From Cetorhinus maximus (taxonomy: Eukaryota): a stretch of DNA of 64,000 nucleotides. The notes beneath the pieces were generated by a model. It was not told the DNA's origin and searched no databases. It saw nothing but the letters and a program-made list of their open reading frames with translations. A program made the translations under genes and the position numbers. The DNA lies in the NCBI RefSeq assembly GCF_964194155.1, contig NC_135901.1, positions 8,618,001 to 8,682,000 of the forward strand. The letters are read 5' to 3'. This document shows, in pieces, positions 24,940-36,792 of the stretch (the first letter of the stretch is position 1; each line of letters starts with the position of its first letter).

Positions 24940-25350
24940 TGGGAACAATGAAGCCCCGCCCACTTCCGGTTCCCTCACCAAGATGGCCGCACATGCGCGT
25001 CTTCCACGCATTGCATCTACCAACATGGCGGCCGTTTCCCCACCGTCAGGGCGGCTGTGAACCTGGTCTGTCAATGCAGGGCAAACAGCCTCCTCTTCTC
25101 CGAAGCTTTAAGCCTACACCTGGTGTTAATGAACGTTAACAGCACCATCCCCGCTTCCCCACCACCCCCATTCCACCCCGAGCCGCACAATATCTTTACC
25201 GCCTCCCGGAACCAGCTATGCACCGGCCCGTCTCCGCCATTGTCACCGCGCATGCTCAAAGCACATCTGGTACTGCACCGGCGCATTTGACCCTGTCGTC
25301 ATTGATAGGGGACTTTCTGGCCTGCGGGGAATCTGGGTGAACAGACCGCC
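24940..25350. promoter_or_regulatory. CpG-rich promoter, probably of ZNF-C
   Basis: cacttccggt (ETS), caagatggccg and aacatggcggc (YY1), cgcatgc, cattgatagggg motif shared with 36700 and 46350. Confidence 0.6.
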
Positions 25351-25548
25351 ATTAAACCACGAACTGGCGATGAGAAAAATGTATTAATGCCCAGTCTCTC
25401 CACGTTGATGCGAAGTACAATGACCACCACTTTTCTGTTACTAACTCCAACCACCGGTTAAACCGCTAAATGTTTTCTCACAGTGTTTTCTAAATCCAAT
25501 GCAGGCCTGTCATTTAGAGGGAAAGTTACGAGGCCTCATTTTTTGTCA

Positions 25549-25835
25549 CAAAACAAAAACAAAAATACCTGGAAAAACTCAGCAGGTCTGGTAGCATCGG
25601 CGGAGAAGAAAAAATTTGACGTTTCGAGTCCTCATGACCTTTCAACAGAACTAAGTAGAAATAGGAAAGGGGTGAAATTTCCTATTTCTACTTAGTTCTG
25701 TTGAAGGTTCATGAGGACTCGAAACGTCAACTTTGTTCTTCTCCGCCGATGCTGCCCGACCTGCTGAGTTTTTCCAGGTATTTCTGTTTTTGTTTTGGAT
25801 TATCCAGCATCCGCAGTTTTATGTTTTTATTTTTG
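25549..25835. mobile_element. Palindromic mini-Penelope (two inverted 3' ends)
   Basis: 25549-25670 is the reverse complement of 25678-25797; hammerhead-like ctgttga..gaaacgtc in both arms. Confidence 0.85.
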
Positions 25836-26429
25836 CCTCATTTTTTGTGTCCTATCAAAAAATCTCATTAATAAATTGGCAGCATTATCTGCTTCAAGGT
25901 GGAAAGGGGTGAAATAGCTGCTGCCGATACACCAATGCCCATGGGACAGAGAAATTCACTTCACCAATATATCTGGTACAGGACTTAGTCTCGATTCCCT
26001 CCATCCACTGGTGCACTGTCTGTGCCGTGTGCACAGTCTACGAGATGTGTTGAGTCCACATCTAGAGAACAGAATTAATGGATAGCTACCTACAAATCAG
26101 AATTCAGAATATAAGAGTTAAGAGATGTTTCTCTGGTGTACTGGGATTCCCAACACTATGAATCTTACCTCCTGGGATAAAGTAATGATCCAGTTTGTGG
26201 GGCACAGGGGCGGATTAATGTTCAGTCTACAGTGCACTTATCTTGGGAGTGGATTATGGTTCTTCAAGGTACACTGCAGGGCCAACAGCTCAATCAGCTC
26301 CACTTTCAGCTCAGGAGACCTCAACAACTGCACATACTGTTCACAGGGGAGATCTACTGGTGCAGTGAGGCCAACATTCATGCTTTAACTAACACCACCA
26401 AAAAACTGGATGTTGTGAAACAGTAACAA

Positions 26430-27875
26430 TGTGTATTTATAAAATGTAATAAAATATCCTAAGGTCAGAAGAGTTTCAGAAAGAAAAAACTGACACCAAG
26501 TTACATTGGACGATATTAGGGTAGACGGCCAAAACCTTGATTTGACAGGCAGATTTTAAGCAACTTTAACCAGGAGAGTGAAAGGTTTAGGGAGGGAATT
26601 TCAGAGCTTCACACCCAGGCATGGCCACCAATGTTGGAGTAAATAAAATCAGGGATGCTAAATAGACCGGATGAGAAGAGTGCAGATACCTCAGAGGGTT
26701 GTGCGACTGGAGATAAGGAGGAATAAGGGCATGAATGAATTTCTGAACAAGGATGCAAAGTTTAAAATCGAGACATTATTTGACCAGGAGCCAATGTAGG
26801 TCAGGGAACACAGGGATGATGTGTGAATGGGACTTGGCATGAGAATGCAGCAGAGTTTCGGATGATCTCATGTTTCCGTGTTGAGGTGGGGTGAATGTGA
26901 GAAGCTGGTCAGGAATGTATTGGAATCGTGAAGTCTAAAAGTGACACAGGCATGGATGAGGGTTTCAGCAGGAGATGAGTTGGAGTGGGGTGGAGACAGG
27001 CGACGTTATGGAGATTGAAATATGGGGTATTAATAATGGTGTGGATGTGTAGTTGGAAACTCATGTTGGGGTCAAATATGACACCAAGATTGTGAACAGT
27101 GTGGTTCAGCCTCAGACAGTTCCCAGGGAGAGGGATGGACTCACTAGTTAGGGGACAGATTTTGGAATGTTGACTGAAGACAATGGCTTTGGTCTTCCCA
27201 ATTTTTAACTGGAGGAAATTTCTGCTCATCCTGTACTGGATATCGGATAAGCAGGTTGATAATTTAGTAACAGTGGAGGAACGGAAAGGGATGGTGGTGA
27301 GGTAGAGCTGGGTGTCGTCAGTGTACATGTGAACCCTAACACGGTGCTTTTGGACAATGTTACCTAGTGGCAACGTGTAGATGAGAAATACAAGGGCCAA
27401 GGATAGATCCTTGGGGGACACCAACTTCAAGGACTCTGGAGAGGAAAGGGAGGTCAGAGTGGGGTGTGGCAGTTTACCAGGATGGTGGGGTCAAGTGGTT
27501 TTTTTTCAGGATGGGTGATGACGGTGAATTTAAAGGTAAAAGGGACAGTGCCAAAAGAGAGAGAGAACCCCCGTTAACAATATCAGATAACATTGGGAAG
27601 ATGGATGGTCAGCAGTTTATTGAGAATAGAGTCAAGGGAGCAGAAGGTGGGTCTCACGAGCAAGATGAGCTCTAGGGGAGATAGAAGACAGGAGAGAAAT
27701 AGGAGAAAGAAGTGAGTTCAGGGCTTGGACAAGGGGCAGTTTGGCCCAATGAGCTAGTGGAAGGGAGGGAAGCAGCAGAGGCAGCTGATCGGATTGCCTC
27801 AATCTTAGTGACAAAGGACCTCCATGAGCTCCTCACACTTGTTGTTGGAGGTGAGAATGGAGGAGATGGGAGAGG
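26430..27875 (-). mobile_element. L2-clade LINE fragments (RT)
   Basis: HMYTDDTQLYL..LSDIQYRMSRNFLQLKIGKT. Confidence 0.85.
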
Positions 27876-28081
27876 GAGAGCCCTTCAAAATGAATTAACC
27901 TGTGTTAGAGATATTAAAAAGACCTGACAGTTGTGTGTTGAGCACAAAGCTGATTTATTAGACTTTTATCCAGAATATTAGCCCCTATAATTGGGTTGCA
28001 GTTTATTAACATCAACAGAAAAAGATCCAAATGAATATGGCCCAGTCCTAGATGTGATTAAGAAAAATTCAATCACTGTAG

Positions 28082-29035
28082 TTACTCGTGAACTCGCTGG
28101 TGTTTCAGCAGGTTGGATGAGGTTGTGAATCCCTTCCCACACTCAGAACAGGTGAACAGCTTCTCTCCAGTGTGAATTCGCTGGTGTGTCAGCAAGTTAG
28201 ATGACTGAGTGAACGCCTTCCCACAATCAGGACAGGTGAATGGCCTCTCTCCAGTGTGAACTCGCTGGTGTGTCAGCAGGTGGGATGACCGAGTGAATCC
28301 CTTCCCACAGTCGGAGCAGGTGAACGGCCTCTCTCCAGTGTGAACTCGCTGGTGTACAATCAGATCAGATGAACATGTGAACCCAGTTCCACAGTGAGAG
28401 CACCTGAATGGTCTCTTGTCAGTGTGAACACCCTGATGAAACATCAGTTCCCTGGAACTTTTATAGCACTTCCCACAGTCTGGGCATTTAAAAGGTCTCT
28501 CGTCAGTGTGAACTCGCTGGTGTGTCAGCAGGTGAGATGAGTGAGCAAATCCCTTCCCACACTTTGAGCAGGTGAATGGCCTCTCCCCAGTGTGAACTCG
28601 AAGATGCACAGTGAGGTCAGATAATGTCTTGTGCCCAGCCCCACAGTGAGAGCACCTGAACGGTCTTTCGTCAGAGTGAACACGTTGATGGCCATTCAGT
28701 TCCCGGGGACTTTTATAGCACTTCCCGCAGTCTGGACATTTGAAAGGTCTCTCGTCAGTGTGAACTTGTCGGTGTTTCAGCAGGGTGGATGAACAAGTGA
28801 ATCCCTTCCCACACTCAGAGCAGGTGAACGGCCTCTCCCCAGTGTGAACTCACTGATGATTTTCCAGCTCTGATGGGTAATTAAATCCCTTCCCACAGTC
28901 CCCACATTTCCATAGTTTCTCCCCAGTGTGACTGCATTTACGTTTGGGCAGGCCAGATGATCTGCTGAAGCCTCGTCCACACACACAACACGTGTACGAT
29001 TTCTCTCCACTGTGAACGATGCTTTTTCCTTCCAT
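28082..29035 (-). pseudogene. ZNF-D, 11 finger units, single nonsense codon (CGA>TGA at 28850-28852)
   Basis: Track ORFs 28850-29041 and 28082-28609 share a frame; the intervening 240 nt translate without stops. Confidence 0.85.
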
Positions 29036-29569
29036 GTTCAAAATCCAATGATATTCAGGTTACAATAAATGGGGCAACTTCTTCAGATCCTGATGTGATG
29101 TTTTGTTTCTGTTTCCCAACTGCAATTCCTCCCCTTCTAATATCCTGTGAAATTGATTTAAAACAGAAAAAATGGAGTGAGAGAGGACCCACAAAAACAC
29201 AAAGGTAGGCTGTGAAATTGAGCTGAATGAATCTGGTAATTTGTGGGGCCGGCACTAGGAAAAAGCGACCATGAAAACTGCTGGATTGTCGTAAAAACCC
29301 AACTGGTTCACTCATGTCCTTCAGGGAAGGGAATCTGCCACCCATTCTGGGCCTATACAAGACACTGGCCTAGATTGGAGAAGATAACAAGAGAGAGAAG
29401 GGTCAGGTGGGAGGGGCAAGGGTTGAAAAAGAAGGATTACAACTCAACCAGAGATCTCACAGAACCTCCAAAGCCCTCAGCCTCCACCACTTAGCAGGAC
29501 AAGGATAGTAAGTGAATGTGAACACCATCACCTCCAAATACCTCTCCAAGTCACACACCATCCTGACTT

Positions 29570-30112
29570 CTCTGACATCCAGTACTGGATGAACAGAAAT
29601 TTTCTTCATTTAAATATCGGGAAGACCAAAACCATTGTCTTCAGTCCCCGCCACAAACTCCACTCCCGAGCCACTGACTCCATCCCTCTCCTTGGCAACT
29701 GCCTGAGACTGAATCAGACTGTTCACAACCATGGTGAAATATTTCACCCCAGACTGAGTTTCCAACCAGATAGCCACATTATCACCATGACCGTATGTTT
29801 CCACGTCAGCAACATCACCCGACTCTACCCGACTCTCAGTTCAACTGCTGCTGGAACCGTCATCCATTCGTTTGTTACCTTTAGACTTAACCATCCTAAC
29901 ATGCTTCCAGCAAGCCACCCACATTCAACATCCCTGTAATCTTGAGGTCATCCAAAACTCTGCTGTCCATGTGCTTACTCACACCAAGGCATGTTCAGCC
30001 ATCCCCCTGTGCTCGCTGACCTACAAAGGTTCCTGGTTTATAAACACACCTGTGAAACACCTTGGAAAGGTCTAATACATGAAAGGCACTATATAAATAA
30101 AGATTGTTGTTG
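29570..30112 (+). mobile_element. L2 LINE 3' fragment
   Basis: MNRNFLHLNIGKTKTIVF; aaaggcactatataaat tail; paralogous to 36050-36490. Confidence 0.8.
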
Positions 30113-30152
30113 TGATTTGGACATTTATCACTGTTCCTTGGAGAGGAAGACA

Positions 30153-30192
30153 GAGTTAACATTTCGAGTCTATATGACTCTTCGTCAGAACT
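30153..30192 (-). ncRNA. Minimal type I hammerhead ribozyme candidate
   Basis: agtt-CTGACGA-a-gagtc-atata-gactc-GAAAt-GTT-aact: stems I and II pair and the core is intact. Confidence 0.6.
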
Positions 30193-30221
30193 AAAGAGAA
30201 ATAGAAATGTGGTGAAATATA

Positions 30222-30338
30222 GGGTGAAATTTTACGGCAGCGGGGTTTTACGTTTCTGCCAAAGCCAATGAGGTTAAGAATGTCTTGCCGCATTTAATGG
30301 CCTCGTCCCCGCCGAAACGGGGCCGTAAAACTCTGCCC
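30222..30338. mobile_element. 117-bp MITE (PIF/Harbinger-like) nested in Penelope arm
   Basis: TIRs gggtgaaattttacggc / gccgtaaaactctgccc; 3-bp ATA duplication. Confidence 0.75.
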
Positions 30339-31812
30339 ATAAGCTGTTTAAGTGGGGTGGGACAGGTGGAGCTGGATAGAGGGCCAGTGATAGGTGGAGG
30401 CAAAGGAGAGATTGCCAAAGATGTCATAAACAAAAGGACAAAGGGGTGTTGACGGTGGTGATATTATCTAAAGGATGCGCTAATGGGGACATTAAGGGTA
30501 GAAAGCAGGACGATCAAGTGACAGATGGCCCTAGTGGGGTGGGGGGGAAGTGATCGAAATAGGCTAAAAGGTGTAGATAAAACAATGGATGGAAATACAT
30601 TTTAAAAATAATAATAGAAATAGGTGGGAAAAGAAAAATATATATATAAAAAAATAATAATTATCAGAAAAAAGGAGATCAAAAAGGGGGTGGGGATGGA
30701 GGAGAGAGTTCATGATCTGAAGTTGTTGAACTCAATGTTAAGTCGGGAAGGTTGTAAAGTGCCTAATCAGAAGATGAGGTGCTGTTCCTCCAGTTTGCGT
30801 TGAGCTTCACTGGAACATTGCAGCAGGCCAAGGATGGACATGTGGGCATGAGAGCAGGGTGGTGTGTTTGAAATGGTAAGCGACAGGAAGGTCTGGGTCA
30901 TGCAACCTCGTCCACACACAGAGCATGTGTACGGTTTCTCTCCGCTGTGAATGGTACTTTTTTCTTCCATGTTCAAAATCCAAAGCGGTCACCCAGTCTG
31001 CGTTTGGTCTCTCCAATGTAGAGGAGACCGCATTGGGAGCAGTGAATCGAGTAGACCAAATTGAGGGAAGTGCAAGTGAAATGCTGCTTCACTTGAAAGG
31101 AGTGTTTGGGCCCTTGGATGTTGAGGAGGGAGGAAGTAAAAGGGCAGGTGTTGCACCTTCTGCGGTTGCATGGGAAGGTGCCGTGGGAGGGGGTTGAGGT
31201 GTAAGGGGTGATGGAGGAGTGAACCAGGGTGTCCCGGAGGGAATGGTCCCTACGGAATGCTGACAGGGGTGAAGGGAGGATGTGTTTGGTGGTGGCATCA
31301 TGCTAGAGCTGGCGGAAATGGATCATCCTTCCAGTGAAGCTCAACGCAAACCGGAGGAACAGCACCTCATCTTCCGATTAGGCACTTTACAGCCTTCCAG
31401 ACTTAACACTGCGTTCAACAACTTCAGATCATGAACTCTCTCCTCCATCCTCACCCCCTTTTTGATCCCCTTTTTTCTAATAATTATTATTTTTTTCATA
31501 TATATATTTTTCTTTTTCCACCTATTTCTATTATTATTTTTAAAATTTATTTCCATTCATTGTTTTATCTCCACCTTTTAGCCTATTTCAATCCCTTTCC
31601 CCCCACCCCACCCCCACTAGGGCCATCTGTCACTTGCTCATTCTGCTTTCTACCCTTAATGTCACCATTAGCACATCCTTTAGCTAATGTCACCACCGTC
31701 AACACTCCTTTGACCTTTTGTTTATGACATCTTTGGCAATCTCTCCTTTGCCTCCACCTATCACTGGCCCTCTATCCAGCTCCACCTGTCCCAACCCCCT
31801 TAAACAGCTTAT

Positions 31813-31929
31813 GGGCAGAGTTTTACGGCCCCGTTTCGGCGGGGACGAGGCCGTAAAATGTGGTGAGACATTCTTAACCTCATTGGCTTTGGCAGAAACG
31901 TAAATCCCCGCTGCCGTAAAATTTCGCCC
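31813..31929. mobile_element. Second copy of the 117-bp MITE in the other Penelope arm
   Basis: gggcagagttttacggc .. gccgtaaaatttcgccc at the equivalent site. Confidence 0.75.
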
Positions 31930-32119
31930 TATATTTCACTGCATTTCCATTTCTCTTTAGTTCCGACAAAGAGTCATATGGACTCGAAATGTTAACTCTG
32001 TCTTCCTGGTAGAGGTTGCATGTTTGAAAGGAGCTGTTGAGGGAGCCTTGGTGAGTTGCTGCAGTGCATCTTGAGATGGCACATGTTCATAATTTACACT
32101 ATAACTTGATTAAACTTTT

Positions 32120-32438
32120 TAGAACCCTACATGAAACCTCATCCCGCCACTGGATGAGGTTTCATGTTTTCTCTATTCCCCGCCGGGGCTCCTGGCCTGC
32201 CCGCTAACCTTAAGGTTGGACGGGCAAGTCCTTTAATTGTTTAATTGAACATGTCAATGGCCTTAATTGGCCATTGACAGGTCGGTGGGCCCGCAGCTGA
32301 TTTTGCTGCGCCCCTGCCTTCCTGAAAATTTAAATGGGGCGCGATGACATCAGGGGTTCCGCCCGACATCACCGTGTGTCATTTTACACATTGGCGAGTG
32401 GGCCCCGCCTCCTGCTCGCTGACGGCAAAATTCTGCCC
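32120..32438. mobile_element. Non-autonomous Harbinger-like DNA element fragment
   Basis: Ends aaaattctgccc, like the MITE TIR; internal hairpin catgaaacctcatcc..ggatgaggtttcatg. Confidence 0.5.
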
Positions 32439-33030
32439 TGGGAGTACAAAGGTCAAGGAGGCTCACTATAAAAAACATTATTTCTGCCCTGGCTGGAGGG
32501 TTGTGTCCAATTCTGAGCATCACATTTTAGGGAGGACATGAAGGCTTTGGAGAGGGCACAGAGGAGATTGACTCCAATGATTCCAGGGTTGGTGGATCAC
32601 AGGACCACGGATCAATGAGAGAACCTGGGGTTGTTCTTCTTGGAACAGAGAAAGCGAAGAGGAGATTTGATTGATGTGTTTAAAATCATGAAGGGTTTAG
32701 ATAGAGTGAATAAGGAGAAAATATTTCCAATGGCCAGTGGGTTTGATAACCAGAGGACATTGATTTAGGGTGATTGGCAAGAGAACCAGAGGCATCAGGA
32801 GGAAATCTTTTCAGTAACAAGTGGTTAGGATTTAGAATGCGCTGTCTGACGGGGCGATGGATACAGGTTCAAGAGTGACCTTCAAAAGGGAATTGGAGAA
32901 ATACTTGAAGGAGAAATGATGCAGGGATGGGATAAAGAATGGGGGAGTGGCACTAACTGGATAGCTCGTTGAAAGTTACCAGCACAGATTCTATAGGCCA
33001 AATGGCCTCCTTCTCTGCTGTACTATTAGG
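32439..33030 (+). mobile_element. CR1 LINE 3' fragment
   Basis: gaggagatttgat..tttaaaatcatgaaggg; ggccaaatggcctccttct tail. Confidence 0.75.
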
Positions 33031-33254
33031 AGATTCTGTGATTTATAATACAATGATTCATAGTAAACATGATATGATAGAATCAAGAGCATGGATGGTG
33101 GCCATTCAGCCCATTGTCCCTGTACTGTCCCTGAAAATGTTACCAATCTGTCCCACTCCCCTGCTCTTTTCTGATTGCCCTCCAAATCTTTCCTAATTAA
33201 ATAAAAGTCCAAATCACTTTTGAAAGTTACTATTGAATCTGCTTCTACCAGTCA

Positions 33255-34295
33255 TTCCGACAATGAAAACAATGACTTCAGTCTTCCCAATATTTAATTG
33301 GAGGAAATTTCTGGACATCCACCACTGAATATCAGACAAACAGTCTGATAATTTACCAAGAGTGGAGAAGTTGAGAGAGGTGGTGGTGAGGTAGAGCTGG
33401 GAGGTGTCAGTGTAAATGTGATAAGTGACAGTGTTTTCAGATGATGTCATTGTGTGGAACAGGTTGATGAGAAATAAGAGACCAAGGTGGATCCTTTGGG
33501 GACACCAGAGGTGACTGTGTGAGTGGGAAGGGAAGACATTACAAGTGATTCTCTGGCTATGATTAGATGGAGAAGAATGGAACCAGGAGAGAGCAGCCCC
33601 ACCCAGCTGGACGACAGGGGAGAGGCGAAGGTGCAGAATGATGTGGTCAACAATGTCAAAGGCTGCAGACAGGTCAAGGATGAGAAGGGAGAATTTATCT
33701 TTGTCACAGTCACAAAGGGTGTCATTTGTGACTTTGATAAGAGCTGTTTCAGTACTGTGACAGCGGCAGAAACCTGATTGGAGGGATTCAAACATGGAGT
33801 TCTGGGAAAAATGGGCACAGTTTTGGGAGGTGACAACATGTTCAAGGACTTTGGAGAAGAAAGGGAGGCTGGAGATGGGGCAGTAGTTTAGAAGGATGGT
33901 GGGGTCAAGGATTTATTTTTTGAGAAGGGTATAATGATGGCAGATTTGAAGGTGAGAGGGACAGTACCTGACAGAGAAAACTGTTAACATAGTCAGTGAA
34001 CATGGACAAGTTGAGTGATCAGTAGTTTAGTGGGAGTAGGGTTGATGAAGGAGGCGGGTTTCATGGACAAGATGAGCTCTGAGAGGGCCTGAGGTGAGAT
34101 GGGAGGGAAACTACAGAACGATGTGAGTTCAGGGGTCAGGTAACAGGGAACTTTAGAGGCAGTTCAGCCCCGTGGGCTAGTGGAAGGGAAGCAGTAGAGG
34201 CAGCTGATCAGATTGTCTTAATCTTAGTGACAAAGAAGCTCCATGAGCTCCTCACACTTGTTGTTGAAGGTGAGGATGGAGGAGACGGGGAGAGG
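33255..34295 (-). mobile_element. L2-clade LINE RT fragment
   Basis: QSGF..HSTETALIKVTND..LDLSAAFD; GVPKGS. Confidence 0.9.
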
Positions 34296-34502
34296 GAGAG
34301 CCCTTCAGAAAGAATTAACCTGAGTAGAGATATTCAAAAAACCTCCATGGATTTGTGTTTAACACAAAGCTGCTTATTTGATTTTTATCAAGAATATTAG
34401 CCCCTTTAAGTGGTCTGGAGATTAGTAACATCAGCAGAAATAGACTCCAATTAACAGGGTTCAGTCCTGGATATGATTAACAGCAAAATCAAATCACTGT
34501 AG

Positions 34503-35540
34503 TTACTTATGAATTCGCTGGTGTCTCAGCCGGTGGGATGAGGTAGTGAATCCCTTCCCACACTGCGAGCAGGTGAATGGCCTCTCCCCTGTGTGAACTC
34601 GCTGGTGTGTCAGCAGGCTGGATGAGATAGTGAATCCCTTCCCACACTTGGAGCAGGTGAATGGTCTCTCCCCGCTGTGAATTCGTTGATGTGTCAGCAG
34701 GCTGGATGATTGAGTGAATCCCTTCCCACACTCAGAGCAGGTGAATGGTCTCTCCCTTGTGTGAATTCGCTGATGGTCAGTGAGTTGAGATGATTGTCTG
34801 AATCCAGTCCCACACTGAGAGCACTTAAATGGTCTTTCATCAGTGTGAATACGCTGATGGTACATCAGTTCCCAGGAACTTTTAAAGCACTTCCCACAGT
34901 CCAAGCATTTAAAAGGTCTCTTATCAGTGTGAACTCGCTGGTGTGTCAGCAGGGTGGATGAGGTAGTGAATCCCTTCCCACACGTGGAGCAGGTGAATGG
35001 CCTCTCCCCAGTGTGAATTCGCTGATGCTTCAGCAGGTCGGATGACTGAGTGAATCCCTTCCCACACTCGGAGCAGGTGAACGGCTTCTCCCCAGTGTGA
35101 ATTCGCTGGTGTACAGTGAGTTGGGATGATCGCCTGAACCCAGTCCCGCAATGGGAGCATTTAAATGGTCTCTCGTCAGTGTGAACACGTTGATGGTACA
35201 TCAGTTCCCAGGAACTTTTATAGCATTTCCCGCAGTCTGGGCATTTAAAAGGCCTCTCTTCACTGTGAACTCGCTGGTGTCTCAGCAGGTTGGATGAAAG
35301 AGTAAATCCCTTCCCACACATGGAGCAGGTGAACGGCCTCTCCCCAGTGTGACTGCGCTGATGCTTTTCCAGCTCAGCTGGAGATTTGAATCCCTTCCCA
35401 CAGTCCTCACATTTCCACGGTTTCTCCCCAGTGTTACTGCACTTGTGTTTCCACAGGCCAGTTGATTGCCTGAAGCCTCGTCCACACGCAGAACACGTGT
35501 ACAGTTTCTCTCCACTGTGAATGGTGCTTTTTTCTTCCAT
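34503..35540 (-). CDS. Tandem C2H2 zinc-finger protein (ZNF-E), 12 units (first degenerate)
   Basis: Intact ORF, ATG at 35540 (track starts at TTG 35546); acceptor cacag at ~35650; internal four-finger duplication. Confidence 0.92.
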   Translation of the reverse strand: MEEKSTIHSGEKLYTCSACGRGFRQSTGLWKHKCSNTGEKPWKCEDCGKGFKSPAELEKHQRSHTGERPFTCSMCGKGFTLSSNLLRHQRVHSEERPFKCPDCGKCYKSSWELMYHQRVHTDERPFKCSHCGTGFRRSSQLTVHQRIHTGEKPFTCSECGKGFTQSSDLLKHQRIHTGERPFTCSTCGKGFTTSSTLLTHQRVHTDKRPFKCLDCGKCFKSSWELMYHQRIHTDERPFKCSQCGTGFRQSSQLTDHQRIHTRERPFTCSECGKGFTQSSSLLTHQRIHSGERPFTCSKCGKGFTISSSLLTHQRVHTGERPFTCSQCGKGFTTSSHRLRHQRIHK

Positions 35541-36049
35541 GTTCAAAATCCAATGATACTCAAGTTCCGATCAACTGGACGACTCTGTCAGATTCTGATG
35601 TGATGTTTGGTTTGAGTTTCCTGACTGTAAATCCTCCTCTTCTAATACCCTGTGAAATTGATTTAAAACAGAAAAAAGGGAGTGAGAGAGAACCCACAAA
35701 AACATAAAGGCAGGTTGGGGAACTGAGCTGAATGAATCTGGTCATTTGTGGAATTGACATGAGGAAAAAGTGACCATGTAAACTGCTGGATTGTCATAAA
35801 AACCCAACTGGTTCACTAATGTCCTTCAGGGAAGGGAACCGGAAACCCAGACTGGGTCTACACAAGACTCTGGTCTCCATGGGAGGAGAGAGAGAGAGAG
35901 GTGGGAGATGGAGGGGGTGAAGAAATGTTTTATACATCTACAACTCATCCAGGAATTTCACAGAATCCCCAGAGCCTCAACCACCACCACCTAGAAGGAC
36001 CAGGGTAACAGGTGTCAGTGAACACCATCACCTCCAACTCACACACTAT

Positions 36050-36490
36050 CCAGTCTGACATCCAGTACAGGATGAGCAGAAATTTCCTCCATTTAACTAT
36101 TGGGAAGAGGGACGCCATTGTCTTCAGTCCCCACAACAGACACCACCCCCTAACCACTGACTCCATCCCTCTCTCTTGCAGCTCTCTGGGCCTGAACCAG
36201 ACTGTTCACAATCTTGTTGTCATGTTTCAGGCCAAGCTGAATTTCTGACCACAAATCACTAAAACCACCCATTTCCACCTCAGTAACATCACCCAACTGT
36301 GTCCCTGCCTCAGTTCATCCGCTGCTGAAACTCATCCATTCCTTTGTTCCCTCTAAACTGGACGATTCGACTGTGCGTCTTGTCGACCTCCCAGATTCAA
36401 CTCCATGGAAACTGGAGTTCATTCAAAACAGCTGCTCGTCCTTACTCACACCAAGTCTTGTTCACCATCACCCCTGTGCTCTCTGATCCA
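36050..36490 (+). mobile_element. L2 LINE fragment
   Basis: SDIQYRMSRNFLHLTIGK. Confidence 0.75.
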
Positions 36491-36539
36491 GATGGTGGTA
36501 ATTTCCAGTCTTACAGCCCTCCAGGATTATCTGGGATAA

Positions 36540-36780
36540 TTGAATTCCGGCCCACCCCCAGCTCCAATTCCTCTCGTGCGTCCACAATCTCCTCCGGCCT
36601 CCTGAGCCGCCTGTTCCACCTCAGTCCCTCTCCACAAGCTGCACTGAGCATGCTCTGAGCACAGCCCGGCCCCCACGCCGGCGATCTGGGTTCCTGTTCT
36701 CATTGATAGGGGGATTTCTGACGCACAGGGCATTCTGGGTAATCCTACCTCCATCGAGACCAATCAGTGAACGGGCAATT
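36540..36780. promoter_or_regulatory. Probable promoter of ZNF-E
   Basis: gcactgagcatgctc, cattgataggggg, ZNF143/Staf-like gcattctgggtaa, ccaatca. Confidence 0.55.
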
Positions 36781-36792
36781 TTTTTTCCCAGT

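Larger units (their letters stand above)
30144..32007. mobile_element. Penelope-like element with ~670 bp inverted pseudo-LTR arms
   Basis: 30144-30815 and 31329-32007 are reverse complements; GIY-YIG C-terminus QCSSEAQRKLEEQHLIF. Confidence 0.9.
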
